A stretch of DNA of 64,000 nt from the NCBI GenBank assembly GCA_017519885.1, contig JAFWRO010000012.1:133175-197174 (forward strand). Reading direction: 5' to 3'. The notes below the pieces were generated by a model, which did not search any database, was not told where the DNA came from, and saw only the letters and a list, made by a program, of their open reading frames with translations. Made by a program: the position numbers and the translations under genes. Positions 8,970 through 19,877 of the stretch are shown here, in pieces. The stretch is from Bacteroidales bacterium. Its GTDB lineage: Bacteria > Bacteroidota > Bacteroidia > Bacteroidales > UBA3663. The stretch's first letter is position 1; every line of letters begins with the position of its first letter.

Positions 8970-11813
8970 ATGGAATACAACTTTAGAGAAATCGAGCCGC
9001 GCTGGCAGGCTCAGTGGGTCAAGGATCAGACCTACAAGGTCGAGATTGACCACAAGAAGCCCAAGTACTACGTGCTCGATATGTTCCCCTATCCTTCGGG
9101 AGCGGGTCTTCACGTAGGCCACCCACTCGGCTACATTGCTTCAGACATCTTCTCACGCTACAAGCGCCTCTGTGGCTTCAACGTTCTTCACCCGATGGGC
9201 TACGATGCCTATGGCCTGCCCGCCGAACAATATGCCATCCAGACTGGCCAGCACCCCGCCATCACCACCGATAAGAACATTGCCCGTTACCGCGAGCAAC
9301 TCGACCGTATCGGCTTCTGCTTCGACTGGAGCCGCGAGGTACGCACCTGCGACCCCGGCTATTACAAGTGGACACAATGGGCCTTTGCGCAGATGTTCGA
9401 AGCCTATTACGACAACGACGCACAGAAGGCTAAGCCCATCGCCGACCTCGTAGCTCGATTTGAGGCCAATGGCAGCAAGGGCGTTAATGCCGCCTGCTCC
9501 GTCGAGCTCGACTTCACTGCCGAAGACTGGAAGGCCAAGACCGAGGTGGAGAAGCAGCAGACCCTGATGAACTATCGCATCGCCTATCTGGGCGAAACGA
9601 TGGTGAACTGGTGTCCTATGCTCGGCACCGTGCTGGCCAACGACGAGGTTGTCAATGGCGTGAGCGAACGCGGCGGTTATCCCGTCGAGCAGAAACTCAT
9701 GCGCCAGTGGTGCCTCCGCGTCTCTGCTTATGCCCAGCGTCTGCTCGACGGCCTGGAGACCATCGACTGGACCTACGCCTTGAAGGAGACCCAGCGCAAC
9801 TGGATCGGTCGTTCTGAAGGTACCGAGGCACAGTTCAAGGTGGTGCCCAACGACAACCCGCAGACTCTGACTGCCGATGGCAAGCCTCTTGAGTTCACCA
9901 TCTTTACCACTCGCGCCGATACCATGTTCGGTGTAACCTTCATGGTGCTTGCTCCTGAAAGCGAATATGTGCAGATGGTAACCACGTCCGACCACAAGGC
10001 CGAAGTGGAGGCTTACCTCGACAAGTGCAAGCACAAGACCGAGCTGGAGCGCCAGGCCGGACACGAGGTGACGGGCGTCTTCAGTGGTGCCTACGCCATC
10101 AACCCAATTACGGGCGATGAGATTCCGATCTGGATTGCCGAATACGTACTTGCCGGTTACGGCACAGGTGCCATTATGGCTGTTCCCGCCCACGACTCAC
10201 GCGACTGGGCTTTTGCCAAGCACTTCAACCTCCCCATCATCCCGCTCATCGAAGGCGACTATGACCTTAACGAGGGTTCGTTCGATGCCAAGGAAGGCAT
10301 TATGAAGAACTCGTCGAACGCCGAACTCAGCCTCAACGGTCTCTGCGTCAAGGACTCCATCCAAGCCATGAAGGAGTACGTCACCCGCAAGGGCCTGGGA
10401 CGCGTGAAGGTCAACTATCGTCTGCGCGACGCTATCTTCAGCCGCCAGCGCTACTGGGGCGAGCCCTTCCCCATCTATTACAAGGACGGTATGCCTTACG
10501 TACTGCCAGAGGAGTGTCTGCCACTCCAACTGCCCGAGGTGAAGAACTTCAAGCCCACCTCGACAGGCGAGCCACCGCTCGGCAACGCTCAGGTTTGGGC
10601 TTGGGACGAGGCCAACAAGAAGGTTGTGGACAAGGCTTTGATCGACAACAAGACCGTCTTCCCGCTCGAACTCTGCACCATGCCAGGTTTCGCAGGCTCG
10701 TCGGCCTACTACACCCGTTATACTGACCCGCACAACGATGAAGCACTCGTCAGTCATGAGGCCAACGAATACTGGGACAATGTAGATCTCTATCTCGGCG
10801 GTTCAGAGCACGCTACAGGTCACCTCATCTACAGCCGCTTCTGGAACAAGTTCCTCAAGGACTGGGGCGTAGTGAAGAGCGAGGAACCCTTCAAGAAGCT
10901 CATCAACCAGGGTATGATTCAAGGCAGCAGCCGTTTCGCACTGCGTTTGAAGGGCACCCAGAAGTATGTCAGCGCCGACATCGCTGCAGAATACGGCGAA
11001 TGCGACCCCGTACATGTGGACGTGAACTTCGTCAATGGCCTGGAAATGGATGTCGAGAAATTCCACCAGTGGACGCCAGAGTTCAAGGATGTGGAGGTAA
11101 TCTGCAATGCTGATGGCAAGTTCATCACTACCGCTGCCGTTGAGAAGATGTCGAAGTCGAAATACAATGTGGTTAATCCCGACGACATCTGCGAGCGTTA
11201 CGGTGCCGACACGCTGCGTCTTTATGAGATGTTCCTCGGCCCCATCGAGCAGTCGAAGCCTTGGGACACCGCAGGTATCGATGGCGCATTCCGCTTCCTC
11301 AAGAAGTTCTGGAACCTCTATCAGAACCCAACCGACGCTGCTCCTTCGGCTGACAACCTCAAGTCGCTCCACAAACTGATCAAGAAGGTGACGAGCGACA
11401 TCGAGCAGTTCTCGTACAATACTGCCATCTCGGCATTCATGGTGGCTGTCAACGAGCTCACCCAGCAGAAGTGCAGCAGCAAGGCTATCCTCGAGCAACT
11501 CGTCGTGCTCATCGCTCCTTTTGCTCCACACATCGCCGAAGAGCTCTGGCACCAGCTCGGCAACACCGCCACCGTCTGCGACGCCCCCTGGCCCAAGTGC
11601 GAGGAGAAGTACCTGGTCGAAAGCACCATCAAGTACCCCGTCCAGATTGGCGGTAAGATGCGCTTCACCATCGACATCCCAGCCGATGCCACCTCTGACG
11701 AAGTACAAGCCGCTGTCCTCGCGCATCCCGATGCCCAGAAGTGGATTGCCGGCAAGACCGTCCGCAAGTTCATCTTCGTGCCCAAGAAGATCGTCAACCT
11801 CGTTGTAGGCTAA
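8970..11813 (+). CDS. leuS: Leucine--tRNA ligase
   Basis: The 947-aa ORF carries the HIGH motif (HVGHPLGY), the KMSKS motif ([10 protein letters not shown]) and a CP1 editing domain. Confidence 0.97.
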   Translation: MEYNFREIEPRWQAQWVKDQTYKVEIDHKKPKYYVLDMFPYPSGAGLHVGHPLGYIASDIFSRYKRLCGFNVLHPMGYDAYGLPAEQYAIQTGQHPAITTDKNIARYREQLDRIGFCFDWSREVRTCDPGYYKWTQWAFAQMFEAYYDNDAQKAKPIADLVARFEANGSKGVNAACSVELDFTAEDWKAKTEVEKQQTLMNYRIAYLGETMVNWCPMLGTVLANDEVVNGVSERGGYPVEQKLMRQWCLRVSAYAQRLLDGLETIDWTYALKETQRNWIGRSEGTEAQFKVVPNDNPQTLTADGKPLEFTIFTTRADTMFGVTFMVLAPESEYVQMVTTSDHKAEVEAYLDKCKHKTELERQAGHEVTGVFSGAYAINPITGDEIPIWIAEYVLAGYGTGAIMAVPAHDSRDWAFAKHFNLPIIPLIEGDYDLNEGSFDAKEGIMKNSSNAELSLNGLCVKDSIQAMKEYVTRKGLGRVKVNYRLRDAIFSRQRYWGEPFPIYYKDGMPYVLPEECLPLQLPEVKNFKPTSTGEPPLGNAQVWAWDEANKKVVDKALIDNKTVFPLELCTMPGFAGSSAYYTRYTDPHNDEALVSHEANEYWDNVDLYLGGSEHATGHLIYSRFWNKFLKDWGVVKSEEPFKKLINQGMIQGSSRFALRLKGTQKYVSADIAAEYGECDPVHVDVNFVNGLEMDVEKFHQWTPEFKDVEVICNADGKFITTAAVEKMSKSKYNVVNPDDICERYGADTLRLYEMFLGPIEQSKPWDTAGIDGAFRFLKKFWNLYQNPTDAAPSADNLKSLHKLIKKVTSDIEQFSYNTAISAFMVAVNELTQQKCSSKAILEQLVVLIAPFAPHIAEELWHQLGNTATVCDAPWPKCEEKYLVESTIKYPVQIGGKMRFTIDIPADATSDEVQAAVLAHPDAQKWIAGKTVRKFIFVPKKIVNLVVG

Positions 11814-11837
11814 GCACACACATTATATATATTAATA

Positions 11838-11872
11838 TTACAGGCTGCAAGCAAAAAGCTTGCAGCCTGTAA
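11838..11872. terminator. Bidirectional intrinsic terminator hairpin
   Basis: TTACAGGCTGCAAGC-aaaa-GCTTGCAGCCTGTAA has A/T-rich flanks and lies between convergent leuS and asnS. Confidence 0.8.
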
Positions 11873-11893
11873 TTTATTATCACTTTAGTAGAT

Positions 11894-13318
11894 TTAGAAC
11901 TCAGCCGACTTGGGAGTGCGGGGGAACGGAATGACGTCGCGGATGTTCTGCATGCCGGTGACGAAGAGGATGAGGCGCTCGAAGCCGAGGCCGAAACCTG
12001 CGTGTGGGCAAGTGCCGAAGCGACGAGTATCGAGATACCACCACATATCCTTCATCGGGATGTGACGCGTCGTGATTTCGTTCATGAGCTTGTCATAGTT
12101 CTCCTCACGCACCGAACCACCGATGATTTCGCCGATCTGTGGGAAGAGGACGTCGGTACCCTGTACGGTCTCCTCCATCTCCTCTCCATTGAAGATAGGA
12201 CGCTTGTCATCAATCTTCATATAGAACGACTTAATCTTCTTTGGGTAGTTGGTCATGATGACAGGCTTCTTGAAGTACTCCTCAACGAGGAAGCGCTCGT
12301 GCTCGGAAGCAAGGTCGTCGCCCCAGTTGCAAGGGAACTCGAATTTCTTGCCGTCCTTGATGGCCTGCTGCAGGATCTCGATGCCCTTGGTGTAAGGCAG
12401 ATGTACGAAGCTGTCCTTCAACACACCTTCGAGACGCTCGATGAGCGTTGGGTCGATGAGTTTGTTGAGGAACTCGAGTTCCTCACGGCAGTTGTCGAGT
12501 GCCCAGCGTACGCAATGCTTGATGAAGTCCTCTTCGAGTGCCATCAGGTCGTCCATGTCGTAGAAGGCAACCTCTGGCTCGATCATCCAGAACTCAGCCA
12601 AGTGACGTGGCGTATTGGAGTTCTCTGCACGGAAGGTAGGACCAAAGGTGTAGATCTGACCCAGTGCCGTAGCTCCCAGTTCGCCTTCGAGCTGACCGGA
12701 AACGGTGAGCGACGTCATCTTTCCGAAGAAGTCGTCATCGTAGATGATGGAACCATTCTCGTCCTTCTTGAGGTCATAGAGGTTCTTGGTGGTCACTTGG
12801 AACATCTGGCCTGCGCCTTCGCAGTCGCTGGCGGTGATGAGCGGCGAGTGGAAATAATAGAAGCCGTGCTCGTGGAAGTACTGGTGAATAGCAATCGCCA
12901 TGTTGTGGCGGATGCGAAGGATGCAGCCAAAGAGGTTGGTGCGTGGACGCAGATGTGCCTTCTCGCGGAGGAATTCCATAGAGTGGCCCTTCTTCTGCAA
13001 AGGATACTCATTGGGATCGCAGTCGCCAAGCACCTCGATGGTGCTGGCCTGGATCTCGCACTTCTGGTTGCCGCCCTGGCTGGCCACAAGTTTGCCAACG
13101 ACCTTGAGACAGGCACCTGTGGTGATACGCTTCAGGAGTTCTTCGTCGAACTTGGCAACGTCGGCTACGATCTGCACGCCTGAAACGCAGGAACCATCAT
13201 TGAGAGCTATAAATTTAATGACCTTGTTGCCACGCATCGAACGGACCCATCCGCACACGGTGACTTCACGGTCGAGGACCTCCGACTTCAGGAGACCTTT
13301 GATGATTTCTCTTTTCAT
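11894..13318 (-). CDS. asnS: Asparagine--tRNA ligase
   Basis: The 474-aa ORF has an N-terminal OB fold and a class II core ([28 protein letters not shown]). The C-terminus is [10 protein letters not shown]. Confidence 0.93.
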   Translation of the reverse strand: MKREIIKGLLKSEVLDREVTVCGWVRSMRGNKVIKFIALNDGSCVSGVQIVADVAKFDEELLKRITTGACLKVVGKLVASQGGNQKCEIQASTIEVLGDCDPNEYPLQKKGHSMEFLREKAHLRPRTNLFGCILRIRHNMAIAIHQYFHEHGFYYFHSPLITASDCEGAGQMFQVTTKNLYDLKKDENGSIIYDDDFFGKMTSLTVSGQLEGELGATALGQIYTFGPTFRAENSNTPRHLAEFWMIEPEVAFYDMDDLMALEEDFIKHCVRWALDNCREELEFLNKLIDPTLIERLEGVLKDSFVHLPYTKGIEILQQAIKDGKKFEFPCNWGDDLASEHERFLVEEYFKKPVIMTNYPKKIKSFYMKIDDKRPIFNGEEMEETVQGTDVLFPQIGEIIGGSVREENYDKLMNEITTRHIPMKDMWWYLDTRRFGTCPHAGFGLGFERLILFVTGMQNIRDVIPFPRTPKSAEF

Positions 13319-13409
13319 ACAATATACTTAAATAACACTGTTCGGGATTAGGCTAAATAGAAAGATACCTCACCCTTCCACCAGGAAGGGCAAGGATCTT
13401 GAACATTCA

Positions 13410-15026
13410 TTATTCGAATGCACCCATCTTGAGCATGCTTACCTCCTGCTGGGTGAGGTGACGCCAGCGGCCACGTGGCAGGTTCTTCTTGGTGAGTCCT
13501 GCGAAATAAACGCGGTCGAGCTTCACGACACGATAGCCGAGGTGCTCGAAGATACGACGCACGATACGGTTCTTGCCCGAGTGGATCTCGATACCAACCT
13601 GGTTCTTGTCCTCTTCGTTGGCATAAGCAATGGCATCAGCATGGATAGGACCATCGTCAAGTTCGATGCCTGCTGCAATACGAGCGAGATCGGTCTCGGC
13701 CACATCCTTGTCAAGCCATACGTGATAGATCTTCTTCTTGATGTACTTGGGATGGGTGAGTTTCGAAGCGAGGTCACCATCGTTGGTGAGGAGCAGCACA
13801 CCAGTGGTGTTGCGGTCGAGACGACCAACAGGATAGATACGCTCGCGGCTTGCATTGCGCACCAGATCCATAACGGTCTGACGGCCCTGTGGATCATCGC
13901 TGGTGGTGACGGTATCCTTCGGCTTGTTGAGGAGTACATAGACCTTGCGCTCGAGGCTTACGGGCTGGTCGTTGAAGGTCACCTGATCCTTGCGGGTCAC
14001 CTTGGTGCCGAGTTCGGTAACGACCTCACCGTTTACCTTGACCAAACCAGCTGCGATGTGCTCGTCGGCTTCACGACGCGAGCAAACGCCTGCATTGGCC
14101 AAATACTTGTTGAGACGCAGTTCCTCATTCGGATCGACGATTGCCTCGGTGTATTCCACCGGACGATGTGGGTTGTAGCCCTGATGCTTGCGATTGGGTT
14201 TCTGCTTCTGAGGACGTCCGAAACCGCCCTGCTGGGGACGACCGTAGCCACCCTGCTGGGGACGACCATAACCGCCCTGCTGGGGACGACCGTAACCGCC
14301 CTGCTGTGGACGACTGTAACCACCCTGCTGGGGACGGCCATAACCACCCTGCTGACGACCGTAACCGCCCTGTGGACGGCCGTAGCCACCCTGCTGGGGA
14401 CGCTGATAGCCGCGTGGCTGGTAACCGCCCTGTGGCTGATAGTTCTGCACATAGCCGCCTTCCTGTGGCTGCTGATTCTCCTGAGCCTTGCCTTCCTGTG
14501 GCTCGCCCTGGGGCTGCTGATAGCCCTGATTATCATTGTAGCGCTGGTAGCCGTTATTGGGACGCTGTGGACGCTGGTAGCTCTGATAGCCGCCCTGCTC
14601 GCCATCCTGGTTGTAACGACGATAACCGCCCTGGGGACGCTGGGGACGCTGATAGCTACCCTGGTAGCCGCCGCCCTGTGGACGCTGGTAGCCACCACCC
14701 TGCTGATAGCCGCCTTCGCCTTCCTGTGGGCGCTGATAGCCTTCGCCATCCTGCATTGGACGCTGGTAACCGCCACCACGCTGATAGCCACCACCACGCT
14801 GGTAGCCGCCACCACGCTGATAACCGCCGCCACGACCATATCCGCTATAGTCGTTGGCGCCACCGCGCTGATAAGAGTTACGTGACTGTGGATCATAGGC
14901 GGCTGCGTTACCGAAGCGGCTCTCGCCGATTCTGGGACGACGCTTTGGCGCCTGCTGTGATGCACCTTCTGGTGCTGCATTACCCTCCTGTGGGGTATTT
15001 GCCTGTGGGTTCTGATTTTCTTCCAT
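13410..15026 (-). CDS. rluB: 23S rRNA pseudouridine synthase (RluB/RsuA family) with a ~295-aa RGG/YQ low-complexity N-terminal extension
   Basis: The S4 domain is [30 protein letters not shown] and the catalytic loop is [19 protein letters not shown]. The track start at 15032 is a TTG; the first ATG is at 15024-15026, 2 nt after the purB stop. Confidence 0.85.
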   Translation of the reverse strand: MEENQNPQANTPQEGNAAPEGASQQAPKRRPRIGESRFGNAAAYDPQSRNSYQRGGANDYSGYGRGGGYQRGGGYQRGGGYQRGGGYQRPMQDGEGYQRPQEGEGGYQQGGGYQRPQGGGYQGSYQRPQRPQGGYRRYNQDGEQGGYQSYQRPQRPNNGYQRYNDNQGYQQPQGEPQEGKAQENQQPQEGGYVQNYQPQGGYQPRGYQRPQQGGYGRPQGGYGRQQGGYGRPQQGGYSRPQQGGYGRPQQGGYGRPQQGGYGRPQQGGFGRPQKQKPNRKHQGYNPHRPVEYTEAIVDPNEELRLNKYLANAGVCSRREADEHIAAGLVKVNGEVVTELGTKVTRKDQVTFNDQPVSLERKVYVLLNKPKDTVTTSDDPQGRQTVMDLVRNASRERIYPVGRLDRNTTGVLLLTNDGDLASKLTHPKYIKKKIYHVWLDKDVAETDLARIAAGIELDDGPIHADAIAYANEEDKNQVGIEIHSGKNRIVRRIFEHLGYRVVKLDRVYFAGLTKKNLPRGRWRHLTQQEVSMLKMGAFE

Positions 15027-15028
15027 AA

Positions 15029-16378
15029 TCAAATTCCGGTGTAGTTAGTTGGAGAAAGCGCATGCAACTCTGCTTTCACTGACTCCGATACGTTTAATGA
15101 ATCTATAAAATTAGCAATGGTTTGTTCGTTCATACCCGTATTGACACGGGTCAAAGCTTTAAGTGTCTCGTAAGGCTTGGGATAGCCTTCGCGACGAAGA
15201 ATGGTTTGGATGCCCTCGGCTACGACAGCCCAGGCATTGTCAAGATCGCGACGGATAGCAGTCTCGTTAAGAAGCAGTTTGCCAAGTCCTTTCTTTGTCG
15301 ATGCCAAGGCAATGAGCATATGGCCCATGGGGACACCGACATTACGCAAGACTGTCGAATCGGTGAGGTCGCGCTGGAGACGGCTTACCGGCAACTTGGT
15401 GGCAAGGTGATCGAGGATGGCGTTGGCAATGCCAAGGTTGCCCTCCGAATTCTCATAGTCGATGGGATTGACCTTATGAGGCATAGCGCTGGAACCTACC
15501 TCGCCGGCCTTGATCTGCTGCTTGAAATACTCCATCGAGATGTACTGCCAGAAGTCACGGTCGAGGTCGAGCAGGACTACATTGATGCGACGCATGGCGT
15601 CGAAAAGAGCCGCAAGGTTATCGTAATTAGAAATCTGCGTAGTCCATTCCTCACGTTCGATACCAAGGCGCTCGTGGAGGAAAGCGTTGCCGAAGGCACG
15701 CCAATCGCGGTTGGGATAAGCGATGTGATGAGCATTGAAGTTGCCTGTAGCACCGCCGAACTTACCGCTGATCTTCACCTGGCGCAGGTTCTCGAGCTGC
15801 TGGTTCAAACGATAGACAAAGACCATCACCTCTTTACCAAGGCGTGTGGGTGAAGCGGGCTGACCATGAGTGCGGGCAAGCATTGGAATGTCCTTCCACT
15901 CTTCGGCATAGCGTGCAAGGATATCGATCACTTCCTGGAGAGCAGGAATATAGACCTCATAGATGGCCTCCTTGATCGACATAGGCACAGAAGTGTTATT
16001 GATGTCCTGGCTGGTAAGACCGAAGTGGATGAACTCCTTGTACTTCTCAAGACCAAGACGGTCGAACTCCTCCTTGAGGAGATATTCTACAGCCTTCACA
16101 TCGTGGTTGGTCACCTTCTCGATGTCCTTGACACGCTGGGCTTCGGCTGGGGTAAAATTGCGATAGATATCGCGAAGACTGTCGAAAATACGGCTATCGA
16201 CACTGGACAATTGTGGCAACGGAAGTTCACAAAGTGCTATGAAATACTCGACTTCCACACGAACGCGATACTTGATGAGGGCAAACTCGGAAAAGTATTC
16301 GCTAAGGACCTCCGTCTTGGAATGATAACGTCCATCGATAGGCGAGACAGCTGTCAGTGGACTGAATGAAAATTCCAT
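15029..16378 (-). CDS. purB: Adenylosuccinate lyase
   Basis: The 449-aa ORF carries the fumarate-lyase signature [11 protein letters not shown] and the typical N-terminus [13 protein letters not shown]. Confidence 0.95.
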   Translation of the reverse strand: MEFSFSPLTAVSPIDGRYHSKTEVLSEYFSEFALIKYRVRVEVEYFIALCELPLPQLSSVDSRIFDSLRDIYRNFTPAEAQRVKDIEKVTNHDVKAVEYLLKEEFDRLGLEKYKEFIHFGLTSQDINNTSVPMSIKEAIYEVYIPALQEVIDILARYAEEWKDIPMLARTHGQPASPTRLGKEVMVFVYRLNQQLENLRQVKISGKFGGATGNFNAHHIAYPNRDWRAFGNAFLHERLGIEREEWTTQISNYDNLAALFDAMRRINVVLLDLDRDFWQYISMEYFKQQIKAGEVGSSAMPHKVNPIDYENSEGNLGIANAILDHLATKLPVSRLQRDLTDSTVLRNVGVPMGHMLIALASTKKGLGKLLLNETAIRRDLDNAWAVVAEGIQTILRREGYPKPYETLKALTRVNTGMNEQTIANFIDSLNVSESVKAELHALSPTNYTGI

Positions 16379-16500
16379 TTTCTACAAAAGATAGTTAAAA
16401 GGGGGTTAAAGGGATGTTAATGTGATACTAATGTGACGTGAATAGGGAGCAAAAGAATAGTAAAAAGGGACAAAAGTTTCTTGGGGTGAACAATTATCAC

Positions 16501-17181
16501 TTATTTCCAGAAATGGAATCCTACGTTGAACATGAGTGCGCTGACTCTGGCCGTACTTCCGTCGATGACGTCATTCCATACACCTGGCATGTAATCGACG
16601 CCAAGAGAAACGTGTCGCCAATCGTACCCTATCCCTACCATAGGGCCGAAGTCCCAATTCTCTGCATCGCTGTACGAACCGACGATGCGCGAAGCATAGA
16701 TACCAGCGTCGAGCGAGAAACGGCTCTTGTAAGTCACGGGGATGAAATAACGATACTTGCCTTCGACCATCACTTCGTTGAGATGAATCACTTGCGTCAG
16801 GTCGTAACGCTGCTGACGGCCATAGCCAAGACCAAGATCATTGTAATAAATCTTCTCGCCTCCAAACTGAGCATATACGGCACTTACACGGAAACCGTGG
16901 TGCTTCTTCTTGTTATAGTCCCATGAGAAACTGAAAGCATACGAATCGCGGGTGTTCTGATAGGCTCCCGAGCGGCCAAATGTCGAATCGGTAAAACGGT
17001 CACGAGTCAACCAGCTGTGCACATATCCAGCCGACACGGTGAAGGAGTTTCCATAAAAGTAGTTGATGGCACGTGCTTCACGCTTGGCCTGTTCCTTTTT
17101 TGTGAATCGTTGAGCGAAAGATGGCATCGCAACAACCATCATAAAGATAATAAGTAGAACCGATCTCTTATTGATTTGCAT
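16501..17181 (-). CDS. Outer-membrane beta-barrel protein (porin/opacity-type)
   Basis: ORF trimmed to the ATG at 17179-17181 (MQINKRSVLLIIFMMVVAMPSFAQ). It shows an alternating aromatic/hydrophobic strand pattern and a C-terminal F-x-W. Confidence 0.6.
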   Translation of the reverse strand: MQINKRSVLLIIFMMVVAMPSFAQRFTKKEQAKREARAINYFYGNSFTVSAGYVHSWLTRDRFTDSTFGRSGAYQNTRDSYAFSFSWDYNKKKHHGFRVSAVYAQFGGEKIYYNDLGLGYGRQQRYDLTQVIHLNEVMVEGKYRYFIPVTYKSRFSLDAGIYASRIVGSYSDAENWDFGPMVGIGYDWRHVSLGVDYMPGVWNDVIDGSTARVSALMFNVGFHFWK

Positions 17182-17340
17182 AAAAATTTCTCTTCTAATG
17201 AAATACAACCTGCAGCTATTATAATATATTAATATTAAATGTGTGCGCAAAGATAGTTAATTTTCAGGCAGGTTGCAAATCCAAGGGGGGCTTTTAACTT
17301 ACTATAACCCGATAATAGGGACTAATGGCATTTTGTGTTT

Positions 17341-17374
17341 ACAAAAACGCGCAAAGACTCACGCCTCTGCGCGT
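17341..17374 (-). terminator. Intrinsic terminator of the small membrane-protein gene
   Basis: The minus-strand hairpin ACGCGCA..TGCGCGT is followed by TTTTGT. Confidence 0.6.
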
Positions 17375-17419
17375 TCTGTGTGATGTTCGTTGGAATAGAT
17401 TGATGCAGTCTTGAACGGA

Positions 17420-17623
17420 TTACTTTCCGCCACCAATCTTGTCGGCTGACTTGCCACCGAAAATATTCAGAAGAACACCGGCAACAACGAGTACGAAGCA
17501 AACGGCAAGAATAACGGTATTAAGACTAGCGTCCTGAAGTGCTTCAGTATAGAAACTGATTGCCAAAACTACGACAACGATAAGGATGAGGATCGAACCT
17601 CCATACTGTTTAAGAGCTCTCAT
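17420..17623 (-). CDS. Small membrane protein of 67 aa (two predicted TM helices)
   Basis: ORF 17420..17800, trimmed to the ATG at 17621-17623 (MRALKQYGGSILILIVVVVLAISF...VILAVCFVLVVAGVLLNIF). The upstream part of the ORF is AT-rich and promoter-like. Confidence 0.5.
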   Translation of the reverse strand: MRALKQYGGSILILIVVVVLAISFYTEALQDASLNTVILAVCFVLVVAGVLLNIFGGKSADKIGGGK

Positions 17624-17835
17624 AATGTATTGTTTTGTGTTTTTAAAATGTATTTTCGACTTATATTTTGGGGCAAAGTAACAAAAAAAATCAATATGTT
17701 GGTCAAAAAAAACAAAAAAAATGCTTGAATTAACGAAAAAAAGCATATCTTTGCCCCGAAAATAGTAAAATAAGCGTTTTTTTCTGCAATTATTTGACAA
17801 AAAAATGACGATTCCTATATGGAATCAATGATTAT

Positions 17836-18576
17836 ATGAAAGTTCTGTATTTCGTGTATCAATGGCTCATCTTTGTGCCACTTCTCATCATCGTATCCAT
17901 TTTTGCCTCTCTTGCAACTATCATCGGATGCTGGCTTGGCAACAAGAACTTCTGGGGGTATTGGCCTGGAGTCATCTGGGCTCGTTGCATCATACGTCTC
18001 TCCCTCTGTCCCGTGACTGTCAAAGGTCGCGAGAACATCAACAAGGAAACTGAATACGTCTTTGTTGCCAACCATCAGGGAGCATTCGACATCTTCCTCC
18101 TTTTCGGCTTCCTGAACCATGACTTCCGCTGGATGCTTCGCAAGGGTCTCCGAAAGATTGTCTTTGTAGGCGCAGCTTGCGAACGTGCTGGTCATATCTA
18201 TGTGGATTCGCACGGCACCTCGGGTATGATGCACACCATACGCCAGGCTTTGGCTACGCTCAAGGAAGGTCACTCGCTCATCATTTTCCCCGAAGGCACA
18301 CGTTCGAATGACGGTCATCTCGGCACCTTCAAGAAGGGCGCATTCACTTTGGCTGCCATGCTCAAGGTGCCTGTGGTGCCCATCACCATAGAAGGTCCCT
18401 ACAAGGTGATGCAGAAAGGCTCCTGGCTTATCCATCCGCATCATCTGAAACTCACCATCCACCAGCCGCTTGAACCCGTATCACGCAAGGAAGGAACCGA
18501 TGCCGGCGTGGATCGTCTGCTCCACGAGTCTCAGCGCGTCATCGCCGAGTCGCTGGGCGAGCCCTTGCAGAAATAG
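17836..18576 (+). CDS. plsC: 1-acyl-sn-glycerol-3-phosphate acyltransferase
   Basis: The HX4D motif (NHQGAFD) and FPEGTRS are present. A TAtcTTTG box lies at 17746-17753. Confidence 0.85.
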   Translation: MKVLYFVYQWLIFVPLLIIVSIFASLATIIGCWLGNKNFWGYWPGVIWARCIIRLSLCPVTVKGRENINKETEYVFVANHQGAFDIFLLFGFLNHDFRWMLRKGLRKIVFVGAACERAGHIYVDSHGTSGMMHTIRQALATLKEGHSLIIFPEGTRSNDGHLGTFKKGAFTLAAMLKVPVVPITIEGPYKVMQKGSWLIHPHHLKLTIHQPLEPVSRKEGTDAGVDRLLHESQRVIAESLGEPLQK

Positions 18577-18577
18577 C

Positions 18578-19393
18578 ATGAAAGTCATCGAGCAATATAC
18601 CGAAGGCAAATCCACCACTGTTCCATCTGAGGATGCTGCAGTGGTGACTGCGTTTTATGCGGCTGTCATCGACGGTGCGACACCCAAAACCGACTTCCGC
18701 TATCCAGGTGGAGAGACACCGGGACACCTCGCTGCTCGTCTTCTGAGCGAAGCTATGCGTACCATGCCAGCCGACCTTGATGCAGAAGACTGTGTCTCAA
18801 GATTGACCAAGGTTCTGCACCAAGACAACATTACACCTTCCAACCGTCCCATCGCTTCGCTGGTCGTCTATTCCGAACCACGACGCGAAATATGGATGAT
18901 CGGAGATTGCCAATTCGGCTACATCGACCGGGAGAATATCTTCCGCACAGTGACGAATACCAAGCTTATCGACAAGTGCCTTTCGGAATGGAGGCGTGAC
19001 ATCATCCTCAGCTATCTGAGCAGAGGTCGAATGACAACAGAAGAAATTGCAGCCAACGACCCTGGACGGCGCATCATCCAACCGTTCATCACCCACCAGG
19101 TACGCTATCAGAACGCCAAAACGCAGAATCCCTTCAACTACACCATGCTCGATGGGGAACCTGTTCCAAAGCATTACATCAAAGTGTACCGACTTCCTGC
19201 CGATGTGCATCAGCTTGTACTCGCCACCGATGGTTATCCAGTACTGATGCAGAACCTTGACGAATCTGAGAAGCGACTGCACCATCTGTTGCAGGAAGAC
19301 CCGCTTTGTATCGGCCCACTGCTCGGCACTAAGGGCGTGCAACCTGGGAACAAAAGCAACGATGACCGCACATATCTGAGACTGGAAATATGA
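18578..19393 (+). CDS. Hypothetical protein, PP2C/SpoIIE-like phosphatase fold suspected
   Basis: ORF trimmed to the ATG at 18578, 2 nt after the plsC stop. The segments SEDAAVV..AAVIDGATP, VLATDGYPVL and NDDRTYLRL resemble PPM motifs. This similarity is weak and was judged by hand. Confidence 0.4.
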   Translation: MKVIEQYTEGKSTTVPSEDAAVVTAFYAAVIDGATPKTDFRYPGGETPGHLAARLLSEAMRTMPADLDAEDCVSRLTKVLHQDNITPSNRPIASLVVYSEPRREIWMIGDCQFGYIDRENIFRTVTNTKLIDKCLSEWRRDIILSYLSRGRMTTEEIAANDPGRRIIQPFITHQVRYQNAKTQNPFNYTMLDGEPVPKHYIKVYRLPADVHQLVLATDGYPVLMQNLDESEKRLHHLLQEDPLCIGPLLGTKGVQPGNKSNDDRTYLRLEI

Positions 19394-19800
19394 AAACAAA
19401 AAAAGAACCGACCGGGATGCCTCCCATCCTTGCCCGACTGCAGCAATTCATGGAGCACGAGAATCTCACTGCCTACCAGGTCAACAAGGACTCGGGGCTG
19501 TGCAAAGGTCTCCTCATCAATGCCTTCACCAACCAGCGGGGACTCACGACATCGACACTCGAAGCCATCCTCAACACTTATCCCCAGCTCAATGCCAACT
19601 GGCTCATCGTGGGACGAGGCGAAATGCTCAATCCCGAACCTGATGCGGCAGTTCCCTTGTCAGCTACCGAACAACACATTCGTCATCTGGAAGAACTGAA
19701 GAAACAATGCCTCGAAATGATCAAGTCGATACAGCAGATGAAGATAGAAGAACAGAAGTCGGCCGATGACAGACTTATCGGCAGTCTGCTCAAGGATTGA
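19390..19800 (+). CDS. Helix-turn-helix DNA-binding protein (phage-repressor-like HTH with a WLIVGRGEM motif)
   Basis: The 136-aa ORF has a 4-nt ATGA overlap with the upstream gene. The HTH segment is LTAYQVNKDSGLCKGLLINAFTNQRGLTTSTLEAIL, and the C-terminus is a coiled coil. Confidence 0.55.
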   Translation: MKTKKEPTGMPPILARLQQFMEHENLTAYQVNKDSGLCKGLLINAFTNQRGLTTSTLEAILNTYPQLNANWLIVGRGEMLNPEPDAAVPLSATEQHIRHLEELKKQCLEMIKSIQQMKIEEQKSADDRLIGSLLKD

Positions 19801-19823
19801 GATACATAAGGGCCGAGACACAA

Positions 19824-19862
19824 TTCGGGGGCTTCCCACACGCGAAGTGAGAAGCCCCCGAA
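19824..19862. terminator. Bidirectional terminator hairpin
   Basis: TTCGGGGGCTTC (19824-19835) pairs with GAAGCCCCCGAA (19851-19862), between convergent genes. Confidence 0.75.
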
Positions 19863-19877
19863 CTATATTTGTGACTA

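Noticed and set aside
13458-15028. ORFs 13458..14885 (+), 14033..14980 (-) and 14141..15028 (+) overlapping rluB
   Set aside because: They are artefacts of the stop-free G/C/A-rich tandem repeats that encode the RGG/YQ domain. Only the rluB frame continues into recognisable S4 and pseudouridine synthase domains.
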